NCBI GenBank assembly: GCA_964016885.1
Contig: OZ024742.1
Span: 127,906,001-127,970,000 of the forward strand
Reading direction: 5' to 3'
Origin: Eledone cirrhosa
Taxonomy: Eukaryota
Length of the DNA stretch: 64,000 nt
The notes under the pieces were generated by a model. The model had not been told where the DNA came from, did not search any database, and was given only the letters and a program-made list of their open reading frames with translations. The position numbers were made by a program, and so were the translations under genes. Positions 12,101 through 23,677 of this stretch are shown in pieces; the stretch's first letter is position 1; each line of letters begins with the position of its first letter.

Positions 12101-13227
12101 ATGTTAAGAATTTGAAATGTAGCATGATTTATTTCTTCTAAAATACATACAGTGAGTGTATAGAATAGATGTCCTGTGTTTCTGCTAAGGATAGGGCAGT
12201 AAATTGGTAAATTGACAGAGTTGTTAGAGCATTGGATAGCTTGTGTAGCTTCAATTTCATTTTGACTGTTAATGGATTTGTAAAAATGGTACTATTTAAT
12301 AAAATACCTTATGGTATTTAGTTATGACTATTTACATTCTGAGTTCAAATCCCACAATGGTTATTTATCTTGATCTTTTATCCTTCCAACGTCAATAAAA
12401 TAATCATCAGTCAGGTATTGGAGTCAGTATAGGCTATTATAGCCATCACTCAAATTTGTGGCCTTCTGGTTATGTTAGAAATCAATTATTTACTTAGCCT
12501 AAAAAAAGGATAATTTCTTGTGTATTGCAAAGGTGTCTATTCAGCATACATTTGGCTTTTCTTGTATTTTTTTATGTGATAGAAAAACATGTAGTTGAAT
12601 CACTGAAAATAATCCTAGAAGCCAGAAGTTTACTTCATTTCATTGCCAACTTAATTGTAATTCTGAAGCCATTTCCCTAACCATATGCCCAAGATTGTTT
12701 GTATTAAAATGCTTAGACTTAATTAAAATTTTGATTGAAATTTCATTGTTGTATAAATTATTAGAAACATTTTGTCTTTGCTAAAGTTGTATTCCAAATT
12801 ATAATTCTTTCTAGTTTATTACATTTTGTAAATGATGACTGTTCTTGTTTCAGGTAAAAGATATGTTAACTCCAGTGACAGAAGAAAAGAAGAAAAGAGG
12901 AGAAGCTTAAGACGAGAGATTCCTGTTTTAACAAACTGCAATAATTCAAAGCAATACCATTCAGTTCGTTCAACAAAAGAAATGGAGAACTTAATGGCTG
13001 GAGGCCTTCGGAGTTATAAATCTACGTCCTGTCTTGCAGAGTTAAACCCTTCCCAACAAACAAACATCAATCAGCATTGTGTTAACACATTTAAGAACAT
13101 GTCTTCACAACATGTCTTGCCAGTTGAATATGATTACCAGGGTATTGGTAACAAAATGGCATTTATACATTTTACAGACAATCAAATTCACAAGGACACA
13201 AATAACGAAGAAGTAACTTTTCTATAG
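335..13227 (+). CDS. FMNL: Formin-like (FMNL/FRL-type) gene, 3' part: FH2 domain plus C-terminal tail, 12 exons; the 5' end lies upstream of the window
   Basis: Exons 335-443, 1474-1533, 2308-2435, 3655-3723, 4515-4601, 5532-5600, 7076-7156, 8263-8389, 9594-9697, 11132-11296, 11783-11981 and 12854-13227 join in frame. FH2 motifs: [26 protein letters not shown] (FMNL-type), IKSKD..TLLEYL, FGEN.K...FF..F..F...YK. Paralogue identity is uncertain. Confidence 0.9.
523..620. mobile_element. Tc1/mariner-type MITE
   Basis: Imperfect TIRs cagggtgtccc...gataccctg, flanked by TA. Confidence 0.6.
1028..1180 (+). mobile_element. tRNA-derived SINE, family A (other copies ~15562-15737+, 37398-37575+, 49817-49975+, 56741-56901+, 60893-61050+, plus older copies)
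   Basis: A-box-like tggcagtatcggtag, B-box gagttcaaatccc and a central gcctttcatccttacggggtcgataaaataaagtaccag motif, repeated many times in the window. Confidence 0.85.
1474..1533 (+). CDS. FMNL: Formin exon ([19 protein letters not shown])
   Basis: aacag| and |gtatgt; LDxxRxxN motif. Confidence 0.9.
2308..2435 (+). CDS. FMNL: Formin exon ([17 protein letters not shown]...YVPTKDE)
   Basis: ttccag| and |gtaaga; PTxxE motif; phase consistent. Confidence 0.9.
3655..3723 (+). CDS. FMNL: Formin exon ([23 protein letters not shown])
   Basis: tttcag| and |gtaggc; phase 0-0. Confidence 0.85.
3990..4150. repeat. ~60-bp tandem repeat, about 2.5 units
   Basis: cattacacagaaattgtatataaatatagagaatgtgtatatttatataac repeated. 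Confidence 0.8.
4515..4601 (+). CDS. FMNL: Formin exon ([29 protein letters not shown])
   Basis: ttgcag| and |gtaagt; FH2 knob/coiled-coil-like. Confidence 0.9.
4787..5170 (-). mobile_element. Penelope-like (Naiad-type) GIY-YIG endonuclease remnant in a formin intron
   Basis: [33 protein letters not shown] and NSRNEL; homologous to the 20617-21000 ORF end. Confidence 0.8.
5532..5600 (+). CDS. FMNL: Formin exon ([23 protein letters not shown])
   Basis: ttccag| and |gtaaga. Confidence 0.9.
6129..6262 (-). mobile_element. Solo Penelope-type terminal repeat with a hammerhead ribozyme motif (6212-6262)
   Basis: Minus strand agattc-CTGATGA-tttctaaagaat-GAAA-cagttctagttgtg-TA-gaatct; homologous to 46227-46370. 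Confidence 0.7.
6285..6818 (+). mobile_element. LINE apurinic endonuclease (EEP) fragment
   Basis: [30 protein letters not shown] and LLGDFNLP motifs; no RT follows. Confidence 0.9.
7076..7156 (+). CDS. FMNL: Formin exon ([27 protein letters not shown])
   Basis: aacag| and |gtaagt; GNYMN FH2 signature. Confidence 0.95.
8263..8389 (+). CDS. FMNL: Formin exon ([21 protein letters not shown]...)
   Basis: tttcag| and |gtaaat; conserved post-region Lys. Confidence 0.9.
8533..8960 (+). mobile_element. RTE-tailed SINE/non-autonomous element, family B, with an internal ~115-bp duplication (other copies 29000-29365+, 39545-39682+, 53484-53790+, 24500-24740+, 45300-45600-, 18370-18580-)
   Basis: Shared ggaagggcatccagctgtagaaa core and 3' end aacccatgcaagcgtggaacacggacg with a (tga)n tail, like the RTE 3' ends in this window. 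Confidence 0.85.
9594..9697 (+). CDS. FMNL: Formin exon ([22 protein letters not shown]...NETLE), ending at a U12 donor
   Basis: tttcag| acceptor; donor |ATATCCTTT. Confidence 0.85.
9698..11131 (+). other. U12-type (minor spliceosome) AT-AC intron
   Basis: 5' site ATATCCTTT at 9698; branch site TCCTTAAC at 11115-11122; AC at 11130-11131; splicing keeps the FH2 frame (NETLE|TFYN). Confidence 0.9.
11132..11296 (+). CDS. FMNL: Formin exon ([10 protein letters not shown]...[25 protein letters not shown])
   Basis: AC| acceptor and |gtatgt donor; end of FH2. Confidence 0.9.
11783..11981 (+). CDS. FMNL: Formin exon ([11 protein letters not shown]...GTRYE)
   Basis: attag| and |gtaagt; open frame. 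Confidence 0.8.
12854..13227 (+). CDS. FMNL: Formin last coding exon (...[12 protein letters not shown]...EEVTFL*)
   Basis: tttcag| acceptor, phase 1 matches the previous exon, TAG stop. Confidence 0.8.
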
Positions 13228-15838
13228 TTTGCTTTCTTTCCTCACATAAACTCTACAATTGTCTCTACATTTTCATCAGTATAAACTTTGTAATACCAAT
13301 AGAAATGTACATGTGTACATAATGTAAAAAAAAAAAGTCTGTATATACTTATAAAATTCTGTATATTTTGTATAAAGTTTTAGATGTACTTGCATATATT
13401 TTATGCATGTGTTTGTACATATGCAGGTTCTTTCTTCTTGGATGGTTCAACACTTTTACCTCTCATCCTCCATATGCATCACATGTCTCTCCCAGTGTAA
13501 TGTTCTCTCTTTCATACTACAGCTAATCCTCAGATTTGTTCTTAGCTCACCAATGATCTAATGTTCTAGTTCACTGATATTAAACATTCACCAGAGCATT
13601 GTTGCCTCACATTTTTATAACTTTGTCTCAGTACCATACAGTATCACACTTTGTACACTATATTCAACATTTATAGTGTTTGAGGAAAATTCTGGCTTAA
13701 ATTACCATCGTTTTAATGCTCGCTGCATTAAATAAGTTAACATTGCTTCACATTTTCATTTAAATGATATCCCTGAGTTATTTATTGTCTAAACAATTGC
13801 ATTTTCCTACTCCAAGAAACATACTTCAGTTTGCACAGTGACAGTTATGTTCACGTTGAGGTAAAAATAAGATCAAAACATGTCTAGAGTTGTCTTCTAT
13901 GATTACTGTAAAAATGAAAATGAATATTAGTCACTGACTTATATTGTTTTTCTTCACTGCATAATTATTTCCAGTTAACCTTTTAATGTTCTCTGTGTGA
14001 AACATCAACATTAACTTAAGCGTTATAGTTGCTTAGTATCTAAGTGGTTAGTTTGTTGACTCAGAGATCATGAGTTCAATTTCTGTTAAACACACTGCAT
14101 TGTGCTCCTAAAGATATGTTACTTGCTCCATTTAAGTTACCTAAGAATAGGTCCAATTTTTTTATTTATGAATATGTGGTTATCATCAGGTAGGACATGA
14201 GCATCAATATTTGCAAATACATGCTTATCTCTTCTGTCATATTAAAAAAAAAGAAGCAATTCACACTTTTTTTCAGCAATTGGTTGTACAACCTTTGAAA
14301 ATAAGAACCAATACTAAATATAGATAAAAAGGGGTATTGAAAGAAAGCTCTTTGAGAAAAAGTGAACAGAATGAGGAAAAGCTAGTTATCCATTGTCAAT
14401 TTAGTATATGTATATATATATTTATAAACCAGTACATAAATATATCTTTTTATATTGTAGATTGTATAGAATTCTAGCAATGTATCAAGCTACATATTTT
14501 GTTTGGGTATGTTTACAAGAAATATAGATTCCTTCATCATAAAACCAATTTTTCAACCTACACTATATTTTCTATACCTATTTAGAACATGACTAACTAA
14601 ATATCAACATTACTTTAGATTAACGTTGAGCCATTTCTATAGCTATTTAGATCATGACAAACTAAATAAAATATTAGGTACATCATCATCACCATTTAAT
14701 ATCCATTTTTTCCATGCTAGCATAGGTTAGACCATATTATTGGGAAGTTGACATACTCACGAGTCTCGAATACCAAACAGATTTGTAACTTTGTTCTTTC
14801 ATGAAAAAATTACTAAATAAAATCAAAATAGCTAGAATTCCAGTCAACATTTAAAAACATTTTTTTTTAATTTCATTATTTTCGTTAGTCAACTGGTATA
14901 GATATTTCGATATTTTGTGTGTAGGTTGTGAGGTATGTTGGTATTTATTTTTAGGAAATAATCTACTATACAATATATTCAGTTGAAATCAATTTTAGAA
15001 TTGAAAAATTAGTTCTTGATAAATTCTAAAAACTATTTTATATTCAACTCTATTTTAGATTTTCACTAATTATTAGTTATAGTTTAAGGCAGTTGATTTG
15101 GCAGTCATTAGAGCATTTGATATTTGTTCCAGGTCTCTGCATTCTGAGTTCAAATTCTGCTGCAATCCACTTTGCCTTTTATACTTTCAGTGTCAATAAA
15201 GAAAGTACCAGAACAGTACTGGTGCAGTGTACCTTCCAGCTATCATACCGCGGATGTTCTTCTCGATCAAAGGAAGGACGGTTAACAGGGTGTCTGTGTC
15301 TTATGACTGCATGGACACTTAAAAATATTTAGCAAAAGCATAGTTCTATACTATAAATTGCAACTGATGCTGTAGTAGTAGTAGTAGGAGTTATATTCTA
15401 AATACAGTTATGTATTTCCAAGCTCCCTAGTAAATAATAAAATCACCTTATCCTGAAAGTCCTCCTTAGGTAAATTCATCTTTCTGAAACATTTACATTC
15501 CACCAAGTTTTTCATTCATTGATTGGCTTGTCTGATCATGTTTTCAATGACATTATATATTGGCAGTATCGGTAAAGGGTTGGACGCCATGCTTTGCAGT
15601 ATGAGTTACAGCCCTTTATGATCTGAGTTCAAATCCTGCCAGGGTTAACTTTGTCTTTCATCCTTATGGGGTCAATAAAATAAAGTACCAGTAATGCACT
15701 GGGGTAATTGCTGGCCTTGTGACAAAAGTAGAAACAATTATATATATTATTTCATGTCTTTTATTATCAGTGACTTCTACAATAATGTTTACTTACTTTA
15801 AGAGCCTTTTTCTTATTTGGGGAAAATGGTTAGATATA

Positions 15839-16039
15839 CAGGGTGTCGGTAGAGTCTGGACACAGGCAAAATACATATTTTCAATAAAAAAACAAAACAT
15901 TTTATTTCATTGAAATATTAACAAATAACTTCTTCAATGTAATTTCCAACATTTGTAATACATTTGATGCACTTTGTGAGATTCACATGAACCCGATGAA
16001 TTAACTCCCCATTTCTGTCCAGACTTTAGGGACACCCTA
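15839..16039. mobile_element. Tc1/mariner-type MITE
   Basis: cagggtgtc..agtctggaca / tgtccagactttagggacaccct TIRs, TA flanks. Confidence 0.65.
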
Positions 16040-16300
16040 TATAACTGAAGCATATATCTTCTAGAATATTTGATCATTATCAAAGATCACCATCATCATT
16101 ATTTTAATTTATATTTTGTTATGCTGGAACATGAGTTTGCAATACACTATCTCTCTATGTATTTTGATCCTGCAATCTTGATTTTGAAACCCACCATTCT
16201 CAGGTTTAATTAATGCCTATGTCTTCTTTGGTCTACCTCTAACAACTTATGGCACTTCTTTTTTTTTAACACAATATGTATAATCTATACAAATTACATG

Positions 16301-16305
<5 letters not shown>

Positions 16306-16338
<33 letters not shown>

Positions 16339-16364
16339 CATTATTCATAATTCATAATTATTAT

Positions 16365-16401
<37 letters not shown>

Positions 16402-16430
16402 CATTATTCATAATTCATAATTATTATTAC

Positions 16431-16462
<32 letters not shown>

Positions 16463-16517
16463 CATTATTCATAATTCATAATTATTATTACTATATATAT
16501 ATATATATATATATATA
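16306..16517. repeat. Compound minisatellite: 3x [(TA)n + cacatacattattcataattcataattattattac]
   Basis: Direct reading. Confidence 0.9.
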
Positions 16518-16899
16518 GTCATTTCCTTTGTATACACTGGTGCCTAACCACTTTCTCAATTTGTGCATACACACATTTTCAAAATAAGTTTTGTTAAATT
16601 TTCCAAAATGACAGTACCACCTTTGTAAAAATTGTAAATAAAGAAAATTTAATTACTTGAAATAAAAAAAGAAAAATGATTAAATGTTTCCTTTGCATTT
16701 TTGTTTTTTCTTTAATGTAAAATATACTTGATAACATTACTACATAGTAATATTTTAGAATTTTAATTTTTGTTTAAATGTATCTATTGTCAAAATAACA
16801 TGAAATTGAGGTTATTTTTTATTCCTTTACTGGTTTGTCATAAGTCACACCAGGGCACTATCTTCAATAGATTTAGGTAATCAAATCACCTCTAGTACT

Positions 16900-17800
16900 T
16901 TCAAGTCTACATTCAAAACCTGTCTCTTTACATGTAATATATGCAACATTGCACATTGTATACAGATATCATATAATCTACCTATTGCCAGCAGAGGTAA
17001 TTGTTCTCTGAACTTTTGTCCACTCTGTTCTTATTCTAGCTACTAAGTTTTTAGAGCATCTTCCTCCACTGCGAATTAGGTCACCTAGGTAACAGAAGCT
17101 GTCAACTACTTCTATGGAGTCTTCCTGGGATTGGAAAGACTTTTATCACAGTTACTACTAACTACTCATATGTATCTGCCACATAGTCTTTTCTTTGTTA
17201 GCTTGCTTGTGATCCTACAGTTTACACTGGGCTCACTCTTTCAAGTTTGTAACTATACCTTTTCTGCAAAAAGTAGTGGCAGCATGGTCCTGTCTTCTTT
17301 CATGTTTACTAAAACTTTAGTTTTTGCAAAGTTTACTCTGAGGCCTTTTAATTCTAGGTTCTGTTTCTGCTCTAAAGCTTTTTCAAATTTGGATATATGT
17401 ACTAGATTAGACAAGGGCAACCTTTTTGAAGCAGTGGACTGCATAAGATATGGCTCATCATAAGACAGGGTGCACTACTAAAAGATTTAAGGCAATTTTG
17501 AAATTAGGCATGCCATTCAGAAAGCCAAACAGGCTGTAGTTTGCCCATGACTGTACTAGATCATCAGCATATGGGGCAGCTGCTCTTAAACATCACTGTT
17601 ATGGCCCAGAGAACTATAATAAACAGAAACGGGCTGTGAAACAAGGCAGTCATTCAGTATGATTCCATCATGTATTATGTAGTTGATTATGCAAATGACT
17701 AGCTCCAGCCCTACTTTACCTAATATTTTCAGTATTTCAGCAACTATCTCTATGGTCTGGCATATGTTCTTGAATTTCATGTTAAGTTTTGCTTTGATTT
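16900..17800 (-). mobile_element. Degraded RTE-clade LINE RT fragments
   Basis: NLELKGLRVNFAKTKVLV and EVVDSFCYLGD-like remnants. Confidence 0.7.
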
Positions 17801-17825
17801 CATCTTGTAAAATATTCCAAAGACA

Positions 17826-18270
17826 ATGTTTAACTACTTTCTTAGACCAGCAGTAATTTTGGTAGGGGACGAAATTATTAACCATCTTGCCAACAACAAC
17901 CCTGAGTACCTTTTTGACTTCCATGTGTCTAACACATGTGGGCATGCCTACAAAGTCAGAAAACAGCACAGCTTTCATGACTTTTGTAAACATTTTTTCA
18001 CACTCGGAGTTGCCGAAGCATGGAACAAACTACCTGCATCAGTTGTTAGCTGTCGAGACACTGCATCCTTTAAAACCTCCATGCTTCCTGAGATTCACCA
18101 ACACTACACCTAATATTCCCCCTCCATACACATGCACACATATATATCATGACTCATACACTATTCACTTCTCTGACATTTGTATATTATTGTATGTACT
18201 ATACATGCACTTTTGATGAGTTGTAGTGCACCTGAGCACTGTACACAAAAATTTCATTATTATTATATTA
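17826..18270 (+). mobile_element. CR1/L2-like LINE 3' end
   Basis: TCGHAYKV...KHFFTLGVAEAWNKLPASVV....SFK C-terminal motif and (att)n tail. Confidence 0.75.
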
Positions 18271-18949
18271 TTATATCCCTTTCAATGGCCAATGGACATG
18301 GGATTTTTGTAACTGTTGCTAGTTTTGCTCTATCTGTCTGTCTGTCTATTTATCTACACACACACATATTGTTTAACGTCCATTTTTCCATGCTAGCATC
18401 GGTTAGATGAGTTGCCCCGTTATGATACAAGCCAAGTTCAATGACCATGACTTGCTCATACAGAACTGGTTTTGGCTCCGTTTCTACGGCTGGATGCCCA
18501 TCCTAACACCAACCACATTTACAGTGTGCGCAGGGTGCTTTTTTGTTGTGACACCTACATGACCACTTTACAGTGTGGGCTGGGGACTTGGGTGGGGGGA
18601 TTGGGAGGTAGATCTAAGGGTGTGTGTGAGGGGGCTGAGTGTTTGGGTGTGGGTGGAGTGTTAGGACATAAGAGGTGCAAGAGGGGAAGGGTTGTGGACG
18701 GAGTGAGGGGTGTTAGGATGTGGAGGTGTGGGGAAGGTAGTGCATACAAGATGTATGCTTCAACTTGTGCACAAGGGAAGATGGGTCTACTGTATAACTG
18801 TATAACATCAGAGATCTCGATCCTGTGTCATCACCTTCAAGAGGTGCAATTGTGCAAGGTCAGCTTTTATCACCTCATCCCAATTGGAACGTCAGCTCTT
18901 CAATTTTTTGTGGAAGTGACAGGTTCCATTGGTGAGGCGGTCCATCTGC

Positions 18950-19290
18950 TGCCAGCAGCCTCTATGCAGAAGGCTGGACATGCCGTGGCTAATGGTGCGC
19001 TAAGGCTATGGCATCTTTAGATATTCTTAAACAGTGAACAGGTATGACTGCCTTTCTGCAGCTAGTCGCTTTGACTGTGCTGCAGTTCTGGGTCATGAAG
19101 AGACCGAGACTGGGCATCTGGAATATTGCCAGGCGCTCACTGCCCTCCACCAGTTGGGCAATGTGGTCAGGAAATTCCACACTAGATTTCTATAGAGGAT
19201 TAGTGGTGGGTAAGTGTGATGATGCTTTTGGTGAGGCTCTGAGCATCAATGAAATGGAACTGACTAATCTGTTTATGGCATCTTAGGGGA
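18950..19290 (+). mobile_element. Tx1/L1-like LINE fragment (same family as the 39.8-41.5 kb copy)
   Basis: DNA similarity to 40400-40740 (FYRGLVVGKCD..GEAL). Confidence 0.7.
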
Positions 19291-19299
19291 GGGGTAGGA

Positions 19300-19790
19300 G
19301 GACTGTGTACAAGAATGTCACGGAGATTACGGGTGCTCTTAAAGGCAGTGATGGGTGGGTTGGGAATGAAGTGAGAAGTGATGGGGTCAGAAATGAGGGT
19401 TCAGAAACAATGAAGGTGAGAGGGACCAGGAGAGAAAAAGAAGGAATTGAAAAGTTGAAGAGTATGATTGGTGTCGTGGGTGTTCATTGACTAAGGGGGC
19501 AAGGAGGGTGTCAAGGTTAGTGTGATTATTTCAGTAGAGCAGTTGAAGGCAAAAACGATAGGATGGCTGGGATTATTAGGTTTATCTATCTTGGGGAAGA
19601 AGTAGATGGTGGGTGTGCAAGGGGTGCGTACTATAAAGTTTCTGGCTGTAGGGGGGTAGGAAAGAGGAGGGGATGAGTTGGTGAATGGTGGAGGACACAA
19701 GCTGTTGGAAGCCTGGCGTGGGGTCAGATAAAGGGTGGCGAGTGCAGAGAGCTTGGCCAGAGTAATGTTCGTGCAATGAGAACACTTGTG
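19300..19790 (-). mobile_element. Penelope-like RT N-terminal fragment (Neptune/Poseidon-type)
   Basis: IYFFPKIDKPNNPSHPIV resembles the YxLPKIHKxxxPGRPIV motif. Confidence 0.7.
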
Positions 19791-20202
19791 GAAATTGAAC
19801 TGGTTCAAAGTATGTCAGCAAGTGTCCACACAGGATTCGAGTGTACTGAACTGGCCAGAGCTCGGCATCCAGTGTGACTGCTGCCGAATACATATATATG
19901 TATGTGTGAGTATATGTATTTGTTTATCTATATATATATATATATGAGAATTCTGGCCGGATATGGCCGGTTTAAATTATTAAGTAATATATATATATAT
20001 ATATAGAATATTTACGTATCGAGAGAGAGAAAAGGGGGGATAGGTGATACATGTAGTTATTTGCCAAATAGCGTATGCAGAGGGTGCTCAATACTAGTGC
20101 CGGCAGTGTTAGATATTAGAAGTGTTAATATCTAGTGGGCGAGAGCACGTGGAGAAGTAAAATACAGGAGAACAGACCATTAAAACATGTTTATTTAAAA
20201 TA

Positions 20203-20244
20203 GCACCTACGTACGTTTCGCCCGAATGGGCTTCTCAAGGGCAC
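20203..20244 (-). ncRNA. Minimal hammerhead ribozyme (U3-A8 core variant) in the 3' pLTR
   Basis: gccc-UUGAGAA-gccc-auuc-gggc-GAAA-cguacg-UA-ggugc. Confidence 0.75.
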
Positions 20245-23200
20245 AATAACTAAAAAGCGTTCCTTACATGACCCAGAATGGGATTTTAGAGATAAGTTCA
20301 CGTCAGAGTTCATTCTTCGTAAAAAAACATGTTTTGATTTTGCAGTAGGTCAAGGGAGATAACTCTGGCTGGTGTTAGGGCAGTCTTTCCCGGACAAATT
20401 TTTTATCCGATACAAGCATGTGGTTACTACCTTACCATTGCCGATACGCACAGGGTCAGTTATGCAACGTTTGTTTCGAGACTTTTGTTTACTGTGCCTG
20501 CCCGCCTGGGTCGATTCATGCAGGGTCTGGGATGCATGGTTAGTTTCCGAATGTATTTAACAGCGCCTGCCCGCCGGGGTGTTAAAGCTTGGTGCAGGGA
20601 GACCGGGTTTACGGTTTCACTCCTCGTTCTTATTCCATCTGAAGTAGGATATTTTTAAGCGGTGTGTACAGCTTATTGTCGTTTCAGCTCTGCTGTTGAT
20701 GAGCTCGTGGGGTGTCGTTATGATGTGGTAGAGCTCCATGAGGCAAATCTCGCACTTCCTCTTGAAGTTGTATGGTGCAGCCCTGCCGACAATTTCCCAG
20801 TGCATGGAGAAGCTGATGTTTAAGTCTTTTAATGCTGTGATGTAGTTCGCAAGCGAAATGGAGTGTCTTAATTTCTTATTTGCGAAAGAGTGGAGACGTG
20901 TTCGAAATCTAATTTTGAACGGGCCAGAGGTAGCCCCTATATAATGTTTAACGCTATTATGGCTAGTTACGGTGCACCTATATATAACCCTTTCAGTCAA
21001 GCAGTTTCCCCTAAGGGGGCAGCGTCCCCTGTCTCGGCAGTTGCAATTTCGGTTGTGGTCCCTTCTAGCTCCCATGATAAGGCTATTGTTATTGCTATTT
21101 ACGTTGTTACCTACACTCCCACATCTGTCATTAGCACCATTGTAACCCACTGTGCGCGGGGTGGTACTATTATTAATCTGCACACAGCAGTGTCTTCCGT
21201 TGCCGCCAGGTGACTCGTGCGGGTCACCTGCATATTCCCAAGTCATGTCGTGGTTATGTTGGTTGCATCTGTAGAGGCTGTTGCCAGCACTAGTGGATGC
21301 TGCTAGCGAGTCGTTAAGGCCGATATAGTTGTTGTCAGGTGTAGGTGCGTCTGTGCTAAGGTGCTGTGTCTTGGTGATCTTATTGTGATTTGTTGTTCCT
21401 ATGATGTCTGCTAGGTTAGGAGTAGTAGAGAAGGATATTTTTATATTGTCCCTATTAAGGATTTTCCTATACTTATGGTTGGGTGGGAAGTTCTCTAAGG
21501 CTTCGAAGAATATCCGGGGTATGTCGGAGGTCACACCATAGGACGTTACGGTTTGCTACGGGTAGTGCTATCAGGGTGACCGTTCTTATGCATGTTAATG
21601 CGCTGTAGCCCGTCACGGGTCCCTTTCGCTTTATGGTCGGGTGCATTCTTCTTCCTTCTGCTATGTTTATGTATAGGAAGATGTTGGTTGGAAGGCGTTG
21701 GTAGTAGGCCGTCGCCTTTGTTGATTTTATAGTAGGGGAATAATTCAAGTAGGCTACAGTGGTCACTGTCACCGGGGTCGTGATCTTTATTGTGTGGTAA
21801 GCTACCTATACTATCGCCATTGTAATTAACATTGTGGCCGTGTTTCTTAGTGCGATTTTCTATACTATTACATCCGACTCCTTCAAAGTCGCCGCGTGAT
21901 CGGTTATAGATATGGCTTACTATAACGTTAGTCTTATGAGGGCGGTGGTTTCTGGAGCTAGCGTTAGGGATGTAGGAGATTCCTCGGTTAAAACCGGCGC
22001 TTATCAAGGCCCTATTGTAGTAATCTGCTGCATGGTTGAAGATATCCTCATTGGCGGAGAGCCTTGAGATCCTATGTGAGATGCTATAGACAATGGAGTT
22101 GAGAGTCTGCTTAGGGTGGTTGGAGGCATAATTAATATAAGAAAGGCTCTCTCCAGGCTTATGGTATGGCTTGTATAGGCCCATACTCAACTCCAGGAAG
22201 TTGACAACCTGGTGGTTGAGGTCTATAGTTACAGATAGGCCGTATGACTTGAAGAACCTGTGTATGTGCATATTAATGTTCTCTATTCTATGAGGGCTAT
22301 GGTTCCTAACGGTAAACAGGGCGTCGTCCCTATATACACCTCCTTGTAGGGCCAGTATCTCGTCCCTAAGCTAATGGAGGAGGTATATTCCGATCAGGTC
22401 GGTTGCTTACGCCGAGTCGCTGGACCCCATCGTGATATCGAAGTTATCAGGACGGTTGGTTCTGGTCCAGTCGAAGCCTTCAAACTGGATAATGGTTCTA
22501 CGCGCCGCTAGAACTATGTCTATTTCTTTTTTAGTGAGGCTAGTGTTAGATTTAGCTAATATGAGTGCCTTATTTAAGAGTATGGAGGAGATAGAGGCGT
22601 AGTAACTATCTATGTCAAACTGGATGAACTTCAAGGACGCTTTATCAGGCAACTCGGTGGACCACTCTATGACCTGGTCAGTGTTGCTCCAGAGGCGGAC
22701 CTTAGCCTTTCTATTAAGCTCCAGTAGTACTCTATCGAAGATCACTTTACTAATCTTACCTGTAGAGGGACATATTAGTCTAATAGAGGGGCTTTCATTA
22801 AAGTCATATTTGTGATTCTTAAGAGAGAATCTGGGCGTCAGAAGGACATATGGGTTTGTGTACTTATCTATTTCTAAGCTAGTAACTATAGCCTTCCCTA
22901 CTCTATGTCATTTAAGGTACTAATGGGTCCCTTTTTGTAGTCTTTGTGTAGTTCCTTATAGATGAATTGTTTATACTTGCTCGCGTCCATCTTGTGCAGC
23001 TTCTTGGTTTTGTCGGAGGTGACGAAGAGGTGTGGGTCATTCTTGATCTTTGTGATGAGTGTATCAAGGGACGTTAAGAATGGATTGCTGCATCAGTGTT
23101 TCTTTTTGAACTTAATGTTTCTGATCATTTTCAGCAGGTTCTCCTCAAAGGAGTCTAGCAAGGTGTTGTGCGGTGGGTTTCGGTATGTTTTGAAGCCATA

Positions 23201-23637
23201 CCCCTCTTTAGGTTCAGGAAGGTTATGGGTGTTCTTATCCAGGTGGTAGGCCTTCCATCTAACTCTCCGTATAAACGAGTTAGCAGCATCTATGAGTTGT
23301 TTGAGGTAGGTTTTTCTGCTGGGTAAGGGGATACACTTGAGAGACATGGGTAACGGCTGATTCTCCATGATGGCAAATAAAGTGAGATGCTATACAAAAG
23401 GAGCACGGTAATACAGTATTTACATATCGAGAGAGAGAAAAAGAGGGATAGGTGATAAATGTAGTTATTTGCCAAATAGCGTATGCAGAGGGTGCTCAAT
23501 ACTAGTGCCGGCAGTGTTAAAATCTAGTGGGCGAGAGAATTAGCAGAGCGTAAGCACGTGGAGAAGTAAAATACAGGAGAACAGACCGTTAAAACATGTT
23601 TATTTAAAATAGCATGTAAGGAACGCTTTTTAGTTAT

Positions 23638-23677
23638 GCCCTTGAGAAGCCCATTCGGGCGAAACGTACGTAGGTGC
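23638..23677 (+). ncRNA. Second copy of the same hammerhead, in the inverted pLTR
   Basis: Identical core; predicted cleavage after A23672. Confidence 0.75.

Noticed and set aside
23093-23095. In-frame TGA in the Naiad ORF as a selenocysteine codon (some Naiads are reported to encode Sec)
   Set aside because: It lies in a non-conserved position and is probably a CGA-to-TGA change. The copy also has TAA/TAG stops and frameshifts, the linker and EN cysteines are ordinary Cys codons, and I saw no clear SECIS.
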